In this document: one piece after another, positions 46,919 to 55,795 of the stretch
Numbering within the stretch: position 1 is the stretch's first letter
Layout: every line of letters begins with the position of its first letter
From: Burkholderiales bacterium
Lineage (GTDB): Bacteria > Pseudomonadota > Gammaproteobacteria > Burkholderiales > SG8-41
Direction: 5' to 3'
Assembly (NCBI GenBank): GCA_030833315.1
Contig: JAURHM010000007.1
Coordinates: 3,760-67,759 of the forward strand
DNA: 64,000 nucleotides
The notes under the pieces: model-generated
The model's database searches: none
Seen by the model: the letters and a program-made list of their open reading frames with translations, nothing else
Told to the model about the DNA's origin: nothing
Made by a program: the position numbers and the translations under genes

Positions 46919-47256
46919 CTGAACTGATTCTGCTCGCGGTTCTTGCGGCACTCGGCTGGTTGTGGTGGGACAGCATGCAGGCGCGCGAAGCGGCGATCGC
47001 GGCGGCGCGTGCCGCCTGCAACGCCGAGGGCCTGCAGTTTCTGGACGACACCGTCGGCATCGCCAGCGTCAAACCGGCGCGCAATACCGACGGCCGGCTG
47101 CTGCTGCAACGGGCCTATGATTTTGAATTCAGTGACAACGGCGACAACCGTATCCGCGGCAGTGTGATCACGCTGGGTCGCCGTGTGATTTTGCTCAATG
47201 TCATGGCGCCCCGCCCCGCCGAGGCCAGCGCCTCCAACGTCATTCCCCTGCACTGA
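46915..47256 (+). CDS. DUF3301-family small membrane-anchored protein
   Basis: N-terminal TM segment MTELILLAVLAALGWLWW, then REAAIAAARAACNAEGLQFLDDTV. ATGA overlap with the upstream gene. Confidence 0.6.
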   Translation: MTELILLAVLAALGWLWWDSMQAREAAIAAARAACNAEGLQFLDDTVGIASVKPARNTDGRLLLQRAYDFEFSDNGDNRIRGSVITLGRRVILLNVMAPRPAEASASNVIPLH

Positions 47257-47440
47257 ATTGCTGACCATCGAAGGCGAGCGTGACGATATATGCGCGTTGG
47301 GCCAGACATTGGCGGCGCAGGATTTATACGAAATGCTGCCGCAATACCTGCGCACGAATTATGTGCAGGCAGGGGTCTGCTATTACGGCGTGTTCAGCGG
47401 CAAGCACCGGGAGAATCTGGTGCATCCGGCGGCACGGGAA
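47257..47440 (+). pseudogene. 3' remnant of an intracellular PHB depolymerase (PhaZ-type) gene
   Basis: The frame of ORF 47198..47515 encodes LLTIEGERDDICALGQTLAAQDLYEMLP...AGVCYYGVFSGKHRENL, which resembles the PhaZ C-terminus. There is no N-terminal 300+ aa, no start codon, and the GHYG His position reads CYYG. Confidence 0.5.
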
Positions 47441-47481
47441 GTCACGCCGCAGACTGAACGCCGGTCCTGCGCCGATCGAGC

Positions 47482-48270
47482 TTACTGCGCAGTCCAGCCA
47501 CCGTCGATGGATTGAATGGTGCCGGTGATAGAAGCCGCATCATCACCCACGAGAAAACAGACCAGCGCCGCGACCTGCTCCACGGTGACGAACTGCTTGG
47601 TCGGTTGCGCAGCAAGCAGCACATCACTCACCACCTGCGCTTCAGTGATGCCGCGCGCCTTTGCCGTATCCGGAATCTGTTTTTCGACCAACGGCGTCAG
47701 CACATAGCCGGGGCAGATCGCGTTGCAGGTAATTCCGGCAGTCGCGGTTTCGAGGGCAACAGTCTTGGTCAGTCCGGCGACGCCGTGTTTGGCGGCGACA
47801 TAGGCCGACTTGAACGGCGAAGCCACCAGCGCATGCGCCGATGCGATATTGATGATGCGACCCCATCTTCGCTTTTTCATGCCGGGCACGGTGTGGCGGA
47901 TGGTGTGGAATAGCGCCACCAGATTGATGGCGATGATGGCGTCCCATTTCTCCGGCGGAAAATCCTCGATCGGCGATACAAACTGGATGCCGGCATTGTT
48001 GACCAGGATATCGACAGTACCGAAGGAAGATTCCGCCTGCCTCATCATCGCGCCGATATCCGCAGGCTTGCTCATGTCGGCGCCGTGGTGCTCGACACGG
48101 ACGCCATGTTCTTTCGCCAGTCGCGCGCACAGCGCCTTGATGGCCGCCGGTTCACCGAAGCCGTTAAGCATGACGTTGACGCCGCGGGTGGCCAGTGCCG
48201 TGGCGACGCCGAGGCCGATGCCGCCGGTGGAACCGGTAACAACCGCGTTTTTGCCTTTGAGCATGAGCAA
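47482..48270 (-). CDS. bdhA: 3-hydroxybutyrate dehydrogenase
   Basis: MLKGKNAVVTGSTGGIGLG, NNAG, and YVAAKHG. SDR of BdhA type. Confidence 0.8.
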   Translation of the reverse strand: MLMLKGKNAVVTGSTGGIGLGVATALATRGVNVMLNGFGEPAAIKALCARLAKEHGVRVEHHGADMSKPADIGAMMRQAESSFGTVDILVNNAGIQFVSPIEDFPPEKWDAIIAINLVALFHTIRHTVPGMKKRRWGRIINIASAHALVASPFKSAYVAAKHGVAGLTKTVALETATAGITCNAICPGYVLTPLVEKQIPDTAKARGITEAQVVSDVLLAAQPTKQFVTVEQVAALVCFLVGDDAASITGTIQSIDGGWTAQ

Positions 48271-48340
48271 GACTCCAAAACGAATTCAATCGATGATGGA
48301 ACAATTAATGATGCCAAATGCGGGCCAGCATCACTTCATG

Positions 48341-48376
48341 AAAAGAGCCGGCAGCCCTGAACAAGGATCTGCCGGC
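48341..48376 (-). terminator. rho-independent terminator after the peroxiredoxin gene
   Basis: GCCGGCAG/CTGCCGGC stem followed on the minus strand by UCUUUU. Confidence 0.55.
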
Positions 48377-48398
48377 CCGCTACCAACACCAGAGGAAA

Positions 48399-48860
48399 TT
48401 ACAGCTTTTTCAGCTGGGCGAGCAGTTCTTCGCTGGTCGGGATCGTGCCTTGCGGATAGACCTTGGCGTAACGGATGATGCCTTTGGCATCAATCACGTA
48501 GGCCGCGCGCTTGTCGATGCCTCGCTCCTCGTTGAAGATGCCGTAGGCCTTGCCCACCGCACCATGCGGCCAGAAGTCCGACAGCAGCGGAAACGGCACA
48601 CCGCCAAGAAAGTCAGCCCATCCCTTCAAACTCGGCACCGGATCGATGCTCAGCTGGAGGATCTCGACATTCAGCTTCTTGAATTCTTCGTAGTTCTCAC
48701 GGAACCCACGGACTTGATTAGTTCATCCGCCGGTAAACGCAAAAGGCATGAATGCCACCACGACCGCACGCCCCTTGAAGCCGGACAGCGTGATTTTCTG
48801 GTCGGAATTGTGCGCGGCCAATGTGAAATCGGGTGCGGCACTGCCTGCTTGAATTTCCAT
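48399..48860 (-). CDS. selenocysteine-containing 1-Sec peroxiredoxin (AhpC/TSA-BCP-like); TGA 48723-48725 read as Sec
   Basis: The last 45 codons of track ORF 48723..49073 (MEIQ...PFAFTGG) and ORF 48399..48638 share one frame, interrupted by a single TGA. Read-through gives PFAFTGG-U-TNQVRGF, i.e. the peroxidatic position. AGGAGA RBS before ATG 48860. Confidence 0.75.
48689..48710 (-). promoter_or_regulatory. candidate bacterial SECIS hairpin
   Basis: In the mRNA, 13-34 nt after the UGA: CGU(G)GGUUC / GAACUACG stem with one bulged G and apical loop CGUGA. Confidence 0.5.
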
Positions 48861-48952
48861 GCAAGTTCTCCTGATTATGTTGAAAACTGAATTGCCGGCA
48901 CAGAATAACCTCGTGCGGAAGCCGCCGCAATCAAAGCCGGACAAAAGCGGTA

Positions 48953-49804
48953 TCAGGCCCTGCGCTCGGCGCGGATCATGTACAAACTGCTGCCGACGAT
49001 CACTGCGGCCCCCGCCAGCAGCCACAGATCGGGCACATCGCCCCAAACCGCATAACCGAGCAGCGCCGCCCATAACAGCGCGGTATATCGGACCGGCGCC
49101 AACGCCGAAGCCTCGCCGGTGCGCAGCGCATCGATGATGCAGAAGTGCGCTGTACCGTTAAAAATGCCTGCGGCCAGAAACCAAAACGCATCCTGCGTGC
49201 TGACCGGGGCCCAACCCATCGGCAGGGTTATGATTCCGCCTGTCATCAGCACGATGTTCGACCAGAACAGGATGGAAATCGAGGTTTCGGTGCGCGCCAG
49301 GCGGCGCGTCATCACGTCGCGCATTGCATTGACCATCGCTGCCATCAGCGGCAACAGCAAGGCCCACTGAAAACCCGCGCTGCCCGGACGCATAATGATC
49401 AGCACACCGACAAATCCGCCGATCACCGCGATCCAGCGGTGCCAGCTGATGCGCTCGCCGAGCAGCGGCACCGACAGGATCACCATGAAAATCGGACTCA
49501 TGTAGAGCATGGTGATCGCCGTCGCCAGCGGCAGCTCGGAAAAGCTCCACACGATCAGCACCGAACCGACAATGAACAGCGTACCGCGCAGCAATTGACC
49601 GCGCCCGTCGACGACACGTAGCAAGGGCCAACTACTGAAAAACAGCACATAGGGAATCAACACCAGCAGCGTGCCCGCCTGGCGCAACCCGATCACCTGC
49701 CCTACGGGGTAATGCTGCACGAGGTGTTTGCTGACGGCATCGTTCGCGGTCAGCAGCATGATGCCCAGGGCCATCAGGCCGAGGCTGCGCAATATAGGGG
49801 ACAT
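48953..49804 (-). CDS. EamA/DMT-family transporter
   Basis: Ten hydrophobic segments in a two-EamA-repeat pattern. The start ATG 49804 overlaps the upstream TGA (TGATG). Confidence 0.75.
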   Translation of the reverse strand: MSPILRSLGLMALGIMLLTANDAVSKHLVQHYPVGQVIGLRQAGTLLVLIPYVLFFSSWPLLRVVDGRGQLLRGTLFIVGSVLIVWSFSELPLATAITMLYMSPIFMVILSVPLLGERISWHRWIAVIGGFVGVLIIMRPGSAGFQWALLLPLMAAMVNAMRDVMTRRLARTETSISILFWSNIVLMTGGIITLPMGWAPVSTQDAFWFLAAGIFNGTAHFCIIDALRTGEASALAPVRYTALLWAALLGYAVWGDVPDLWLLAGAAVIVGSSLYMIRAERRA

Positions 49805-50958
49805 CAGTTCGTATTTCCCGGCGCAGCGCGCCATAACAATATGGCCGACAGCAGCAGCAACATACCCGCGAGTACCAGCCCGCCGGAGAAGCCGTAACCG
49901 GCATCAAAAAGCAGGCCCGCCACCACCGGACCGATGATCTGCCCCAGCGCGAACGCCGCGGTCATCGCCGCCACCAACCGTGCCGCATGGCCGCGCGAGA
50001 CTTCCTGCGCCACCTGCAGGCTGGTCATAGTGGTCACCACAAAGGTGCCGCCAACCAGCAGCGCCGAACCGATGACCGCCGCCAACCCCGGCAACCAGAC
50101 CGGCAACAGCACACCGATCGCCATCAACACATGGCTGGCAATCCAGACACTGCGATGACCGATCGCCGCCGCACGGGAAGCAGCAATGAATGTGGATACC
50201 ACCGCTGCCGCACCGAATACCGGCCACGACCAGCCGAACATCGCAGCATCCGACACCACGGCTTTCGCCATCACCGGCAAAAACGTGGCGGGAATGATAT
50301 AGCCAAAACCGGAAATACCGTAACAGAGCACCAGCAGACCAGCATGACGGCCGATGCCGGCGCGCGAATCGCGGGAAACTGCCGGTGCCAGCGGCAATAC
50401 GATGGCACCCAGCACCGGCAGCACAATCACTGCCGCGGACAAAGCCACCAGCCCGGCGATCCGCCAGGCCCATGCCGAACCGGCATCGTACTGCATCAAC
50501 AGCAGGCACAACAGGCCGGCGGCAGCGACACCGCTGCCAACGCCGGCATACACCACACCGGTGAGTTTCGGACGACCGCGTTCCGCCAGTGCGGTCATGC
50601 AGCGCGTCGACACGGCGATGAACATCAATGCGCTGGCCACGCCGGCAGCAAAACGCAGTACCGCCCACAACATGAAGTTTTCGGTGAGGCCCATCGTCGC
50701 CGTCGTCGCTGCGACCGCGAGCAGGGAACCCGACAACACGCCGCGACTGCGAAGTGGCCATGCTGTTGCCACAAGCGCGCCGGCCAGATAACCGAGATAG
50801 TTGCTGGAAGCCAGCCAACTGCCACCGATGATGGAGAGGCCGAAATCATCCTGCATCATCGGCAGGATGGGAGTGAAGGCAAAACGGCCGATGCCCATGG
50901 CCACCGCCAGCGCGGCCATTCCGGCTACTGCGATGCGGAGCACAGAAACAGTCATCAT
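49804..50958 (-). CDS. YbfB/YjiJ-family MFS transporter
   Basis: AALAVAMGIGRFAFTPILPMM N-terminal motif and 12 TM-like segments. Confidence 0.7.
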   Translation of the reverse strand: MMTVSVLRIAVAGMAALAVAMGIGRFAFTPILPMMQDDFGLSIIGGSWLASSNYLGYLAGALVATAWPLRSRGVLSGSLLAVAATTATMGLTENFMLWAVLRFAAGVASALMFIAVSTRCMTALAERGRPKLTGVVYAGVGSGVAAAGLLCLLLMQYDAGSAWAWRIAGLVALSAAVIVLPVLGAIVLPLAPAVSRDSRAGIGRHAGLLVLCYGISGFGYIIPATFLPVMAKAVVSDAAMFGWSWPVFGAAAVVSTFIAASRAAAIGHRSVWIASHVLMAIGVLLPVWLPGLAAVIGSALLVGGTFVVTTMTSLQVAQEVSRGHAARLVAAMTAAFALGQIIGPVVAGLLFDAGYGFSGGLVLAGMLLLLSAILLWRAAPGNTN

Positions 50959-51063
50959 GGACTGCCGACTATAACCGATCAGAGCACTGATAATTTTTCA
51001 ATATAAACAATGGTTTATAATGTGGTCTTGAGCGCAGCAAAACCGCGCCGCACCAGGACTCCC

Positions 51064-51285
51064 ATGACGCCCACCGCAGTGAATATCCCGCCCGGCCGCT
51101 ACCGCCATTACAAGGGCAATGAATACGAAGTGATCGGCATCGCCAAACATTCGGAAACGCTGGAGCCGATGGTGGTTTATCGCCCGCTGTATGGCGAAGG
51201 CGGTCTGTGGGTGCGCCCCGCAGGCATGTTCGCCGAAAACATCACCATCGACGGCAAGACTCAACCGCGTTTCGCACGGATCTGA
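51064..51285 (+). CDS. DUF1653-family protein
   Basis: GRYRHYKGNEYEVIGIAKHSETLEPMVVYRPLY core. Confidence 0.7.
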   Translation: MTPTAVNIPPGRYRHYKGNEYEVIGIAKHSETLEPMVVYRPLYGEGGLWVRPAGMFAENITIDGKTQPRFARI

Positions 51286-51286
51286 C

Positions 51287-52207
51287 GTGAGCATCAACTG
51301 GTTCCCCGGCCACATGGCCGTCGCTGTCGAGAAAATCAAAAAGGCGATGGCCGATCACGATGTCGTGGTTGAAATCCTTGATGCGCGCTGCCCGATGGCC
51401 AGCGCCAATCCGCTGATCGAATCACTGCGCCTGCACCGTCAGCGCCCCTGCCTCAAGGTGCTGAACAAGGTGGATGCGGCGGACCCCAATATCACGCCGC
51501 AATGGGTAGCGCATTTCAATGCCCAGAAAAACACCCACGCCATCGCGCTGTCAGCCAAAAAGCCGGGCGATGCCAACAAAATCATCGCCGCCGCCAAAAA
51601 ACTCGCGCCGCATCGCAATGAAAACCTCAAGCCGCTGCGCATGCTGATCATGGGCGTGCCCAACGTCGGCAAATCGACCTTGATCAATGCGCTGCTCAAA
51701 CAGCGCACTGCGAAAGTCGGCGATGAACCCGCCGTCACCAAATCTCTGGCGCGTTACGAACTGTCGCCGACGGTGAGCATGACCGATACGCCGGGCCTGA
51801 TGTGGCCGAAGATCGGCCATCCCGATGACGGCTGTATGCTCGCCGCCAGCCATATCATCGGCACCAACGCCTATATCGAATCCGAAGTCGCGACTTTTCT
51901 TGCAGCAACACTGGTCGCGCAATATCCGAAAGCGCTGCACGCGCGTTACGCCACGCCGGCCGACGTTCAGAAAATGGACGGCACTGACCTCATTGAAGCC
52001 GTGGCTGCACGGCGCGGCTTCCGCATCAAGGGCGGTGAATTCGATCTCGAAAAAGCGGCGATCACGCTGCTCAATGATTACCGCAGCGGCGCGCTGGGAC
52101 GGATCAGCCTCGAGACCCCCGCATCGCGCGCAGCGCGTCCTCAGGCAGCCGGCAACAATGATGCGCTGCCGGAGACTGCTGAAGATCAGGATCCCGCAGA
52201 AACCTGA
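51287..52207 (+). CDS. rbgA: ribosome biogenesis GTPase A (YlqF/RbgA)
   Basis: INWFPGHM start (GTG 51287) and circularly permuted GTPase motif order: NKVD, then GVPNVGKST, then DTPG. Confidence 0.8.
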   Translation: MSINWFPGHMAVAVEKIKKAMADHDVVVEILDARCPMASANPLIESLRLHRQRPCLKVLNKVDAADPNITPQWVAHFNAQKNTHAIALSAKKPGDANKIIAAAKKLAPHRNENLKPLRMLIMGVPNVGKSTLINALLKQRTAKVGDEPAVTKSLARYELSPTVSMTDTPGLMWPKIGHPDDGCMLAASHIIGTNAYIESEVATFLAATLVAQYPKALHARYATPADVQKMDGTDLIEAVAARRGFRIKGGEFDLEKAAITLLNDYRSGALGRISLETPASRAARPQAAGNNDALPETAEDQDPAET

Positions 52208-52330
52208 TCGAGCCACTAAACAGCTGCCGCCGGATCAGCACACCGCAACACGAATCAGTCGTGCGCGGCCTCAGCGGGAGGGCGTATAGTGAAGTCACAC
52301 TATCGCGGAAACAGTAAGCGCCCCGGCATC

Positions 52331-53341
52331 TCAAATGACAATATCCAGCACCGGCTTTCCGACCATTCGCCGTTCTTCGTAAGCTGCGTGCGCTTCCTCA
52401 ACATTGTCCAGCGTGTACCGGCCGGCAATTCCGATTCTCAGTGAACCATTGATCAGCGCGCTGAAAATATCATCTGCGCGGCGCTGGATTTCATCCGCAC
52501 TGCGCAGATGATCCGCCAGCCGCGGTCGCGTCAGAAACAGCGAACCGGATTCACCGAGTTCCAGTGGATCGAGATCCTTCACCGACCCCGACACATTGCC
52601 GTAGTTGATGATCAGGCCGCGGGTGCGCGCCGCACGGAAACTGTCACGCAGCGATGTTTTGCCGATCGAGTCGTACACCACATCCACGCCGAGGCCGCCC
52701 GTTGCCTCAAGCACCGCCTCGACAAAACGTCCGCCGTCATACAGAACGGCGAGGTCGGCACCGCGTTCGCGCGCCACCGCCGCCTTTTCCGCGGAACTCG
52801 TCGTCGCGATTACCCGCGCGCCGCTGCGCTTCGCCAGCTGGATCAGCACCTGGCCGATGCCGCCGGATGCGGCATGCACCAGGCAGGTTTTGCCGGCGCC
52901 GAGCTGGCCGACGTCATGTGCCAGATAGTGTGCGGTGTAGCCCTGAAACACCGAGGCGGCCGCCAGATCCAGAGGCAGCGCATCCGGCACCTTCACCGCC
53001 TGCCAGGCCGGCACCACGGCATATTCCGCATAACTGCCCCAGACAATGCACCAGGCGACCCGATCGCCGACACGATGCGTCGTCACGCCATCACCCAGCG
53101 CCATCACCTCGCCCGCGCCCTCCATTCCCAGCGTACAGGGCAGCCTGACCGGATAGGTGCGCGATTTTTCGTATTTGCCCTGGCGGGTATGGATATCCAT
53201 GAAGTTGATGCCGGCATGATGAACGCGGACCAGCACAGTGCCGGGCGCCGCCCGGGGAATCGGCGCATCAATGCGCTGCAGGACTTCGGGACCGCCGTAC
53301 TGATGAATCTGGATGGTTTTCATGGCTTCGGATGTTTGCAT
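52331..53341 (-). CDS. NADPH:quinone oxidoreductase (zeta-crystallin-type MDR)
   Basis: MDR fold (GINFMDI, AASGGIGQ). The start may be ATG 53323. Confidence 0.75.
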   Translation of the reverse strand: MQTSEAMKTIQIHQYGGPEVLQRIDAPIPRAAPGTVLVRVHHAGINFMDIHTRQGKYEKSRTYPVRLPCTLGMEGAGEVMALGDGVTTHRVGDRVAWCIVWGSYAEYAVVPAWQAVKVPDALPLDLAAASVFQGYTAHYLAHDVGQLGAGKTCLVHAASGGIGQVLIQLAKRSGARVIATTSSAEKAAVARERGADLAVLYDGGRFVEAVLEATGGLGVDVVYDSIGKTSLRDSFRAARTRGLIINYGNVSGSVKDLDPLELGESGSLFLTRPRLADHLRSADEIQRRADDIFSALINGSLRIGIAGRYTLDNVEEAHAAYEERRMVGKPVLDIVI

Positions 53342-53485
53342 GACACAAGGCGAGAATTATCCCGCATCTGATACCACTTTATGGCGCGGTGTAAGGACTG
53401 CTACATTGTCACGACCAAACCGTAACCGTCGGCGCCGGGGAATTTTCCACCACAGGCGCGGTCAGACCGCCACACAGGAGAAATC

Positions 53486-54043
53486 ATGAAACGACGCGGA
53501 TTTTTGCAGGGACTGACGCTGGCGGCGTTCGGCAGCACATTCCACCATACGGCTGCCGCCGCCCCGGTCGGCACGATGAAGGAAATCCAGGCCATGCAGA
53601 ACAACTGGAAGACCCTGCTGGCCGCCGGCTTCAAGGCCCCGGCACCCACTGACGCACTCAAGCTGTCCAATGATGAATGGCGCAAACGCCTCGACAAGGC
53701 GCAGTTCAACGTGCTGCGCGAAGAGGGCACAGAGCGCGCCGGCAGCAGCCCGCTCAACGGCGAAAAACGCCCCGGCGTATTCGCCTGCGCCGGCTGCGAC
53801 CTGCCGCTGTTCACCTCCGAAATGAAATACGAATCGGGAACCGGCTGGCCGAGCTTTTTCACCACCATACCCGGCGTCTTCGCGACCAAGAAGGATTACC
53901 TGCTGTTCACACCACGGACCGAATACCACTGCGTACGCTGCGGCGGCCACCACGGTCATGTTTTTGACGACGGCCCGGCGCCGACCGGCCAGCGCTGGTG
54001 CAATAACGGCGTGGCGTTGAAGTTCATTCCCAAAACCGCCTGA
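53486..54043 (+). CDS. msrB: peptide-methionine (R)-S-oxide reductase MsrB with export signal
   Basis: Tat-like MKRRGFLQGLTLAAFG. Zn CxxC pairs (CAGCD, CVRCGGHHGHVFDDGP). Catalytic RWCNN. Confidence 0.8.
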   Translation: MKRRGFLQGLTLAAFGSTFHHTAAAAPVGTMKEIQAMQNNWKTLLAAGFKAPAPTDALKLSNDEWRKRLDKAQFNVLREEGTERAGSSPLNGEKRPGVFACAGCDLPLFTSEMKYESGTGWPSFFTTIPGVFATKKDYLLFTPRTEYHCVRCGGHHGHVFDDGPAPTGQRWCNNGVALKFIPKTA

Positions 54044-54081
54044 ACCACCGCCGGGCACCCGGCCGGCCCCACCGCAGGCAT

Positions 54082-54627
54082 GTGCTGATCGCGCAATTAT
54101 CCGCAATTACGATACACTGCGACGCAGGAGCCGGCTCCTTGTCCAAAACGCCCTGCACATTACGTCTTGCCCGCGACAGCGATATCCAGCCGATCGCCGT
54201 GATGTCGCGCTGCCTGATTGAAGTCGGTCTACGCGGCTGGACCTGGCATCCCACCCGTATCGCCCGTGCGCTGCGCAGCCGTGACACCTGCGTGCTGGTC
54301 GCCGAAGTCGAAAACGGCTTTGCGGGTTTTGCCATCGCCGAATTCGGCGACACTCGCGCCCATCTTTCCTTGTTCGCCGTGCAACCGGCCTGTCAGCGTC
54401 GCGGCATCGGCCTGGCGATGATCGAATGGCTCATGGAATCGGCGCTGACCGCCGGCATCACGCAGATTGATGTCGAAATGCGCTCCAATAATTTTGCCGC
54501 ACACAGTTTCTACGAGGCCCTGGGCTTTGTGTGCACCGGACAGGTCGCCGGTTATTACCAGAACATCGAGACCGCGGTGCGCATGCAGCGCCGGATCGGC
54601 GCCATGGCCGCTACACCACAGCAGTAA
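54082..54627 (+). CDS. GNAT-family N-acetyltransferase (RimI-like)
   Basis: QRRGIGLAMIEWL acetyl-CoA motif and FYEALGF. The GTG start is uncertain. Confidence 0.7.
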   Translation: MLIAQLSAITIHCDAGAGSLSKTPCTLRLARDSDIQPIAVMSRCLIEVGLRGWTWHPTRIARALRSRDTCVLVAEVENGFAGFAIAEFGDTRAHLSLFAVQPACQRRGIGLAMIEWLMESALTAGITQIDVEMRSNNFAAHSFYEALGFVCTGQVAGYYQNIETAVRMQRRIGAMAATPQQ

Positions 54628-54647
54628 AGATCCCGCAGCGGCATTCA

Positions 54648-54680
54648 TCAAAAACGCCGGCAACATGCCGGCGTTTTTGA
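54648..54680. terminator. bidirectional rho-independent terminator
   Basis: A5-CGCCGGC-AACAT-GCCGGCG-T5, between convergent genes. Confidence 0.75.
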
Positions 54681-54706
54681 TGGGACATCCCGTCCGTACA
54701 GCACCC

Positions 54707-55795
54707 TCAGGTCGCGCCGTGACAGGCCAGCGCCCAGCCGACATGTTCGCGCACGAGCGGCGACGGATCATCCGCACGTGCGCGCAGTGCGGCAATTACC
54801 GCTGCCGAGGTTGGCGCATTGCCGAGACCGACGGCGATATTGCGCAACCAGCGTTCGTGTCCGATGCGATGGATAGCGCTGCCGGCCAGCCGGACTGCAA
54901 ATGTTTCGGCATTCCATGAAAAGAGCTCCACCAGCGTCACGTCATCGAGGCCGTTACGCACCGCAAAATCAGGCTCGGCGCTGACTTCGGCGTAGCGGTT
55001 CCACGGACACACCAGCTGGCAGTCGTCGCAGCCGTAAACGCGGTTACCGATCAGCGGTCGCAGCGGCTCCGGGATACTGCCTTTGAGTTCGATGGTCAGA
55101 TAGGAGATGCAGCGCCGCGCCTCCAGTTGATAAGGGGCGACGATCGCCTGCGTCGGGCAGACATCCATGCATCGCCTGCAGGTTCCGCAGTGCTCGGATT
55201 GCGGCTGGTCCACCGGCAGCGGCAGATCGGTGTAAATCTCGCCGAGAAAAAATGCCGACCCGCCCTCGCGGTTGAGCAGCAGCGTGTGTTTGCCGCGCCA
55301 ACCCAGTCCGGCCTTTTCAGCGAGCGCCACCTCCATCACCGGCGCGCTGTCGGTAAACACGCGATAGCGGTATTCACCGACCGCAAGCTGGATGCGTTCG
55401 GCCAGCTGCTGCAGCCGGTGGCGCAGCACCTTGTGATAATCCCGTCCGGTCGCATAACGCGAGATGAAGGCCTGCGCACCGTCATGGATGACGGACCAGC
55501 TGTCGCGGGCGACGGGTGGCGTGTAGTTCATGCGCACGGCGATCACCCGCAAGGTTCCGGGCACCAGTTCCGCAGGACGGGAACGTTTGACGCCATGCCG
55601 TGCCATATAATCCATGTCGCCATGCCAGCCCCGCGCCAGCCACTCCGCGAGACGCGGTTCGGCATGCGACAGATCGCAGTCGGCGACCGCGAGTTGCTGG
55701 AAACCAAGTTCGGCGCCCCAGCCGCCGATGTCGCGACGAAGCTTCGACCAATCGACGATTTTCTGGACTGCACTGTTTTGCATAGCCCGCATCAT
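54707..55795 (-). CDS. queG: epoxyqueuosine reductase
   Basis: 4Fe-4S motifs CGTCRRCMDVCP and CDDCQLVCPWN, and a cobalamin-domain-like N-terminal part. Start at 55795 or 55783. Confidence 0.8.
   Translation of the reverse strand: MMRAMQNSAVQKIVDWSKLRRDIGGWGAELGFQQLAVADCDLSHAEPRLAEWLARGWHGDMDYMARHGVKRSRPAELVPGTLRVIAVRMNYTPPVARDSWSVIHDGAQAFISRYATGRDYHKVLRHRLQQLAERIQLAVGEYRYRVFTDSAPVMEVALAEKAGLGWRGKHTLLLNREGGSAFFLGEIYTDLPLPVDQPQSEHCGTCRRCMDVCPTQAIVAPYQLEARRCISYLTIELKGSIPEPLRPLIGNRVYGCDDCQLVCPWNRYAEVSAEPDFAVRNGLDDVTLVELFSWNAETFAVRLAGSAIHRIGHERWLRNIAVGLGNAPTSAAVIAALRARADDPSPLVREHVGWALACHGAT

Noticed and set aside
51016-51021. Perfect TATAAT (51016-51021) upstream of the DUF1653 gene, considered as a promoter -10 box.
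   Set aside because: The sequence 16-18 nt upstream (ATTTTT/TTTTTC) is a poor -35. It is plausible but too weak to list as a feature without transcript data.
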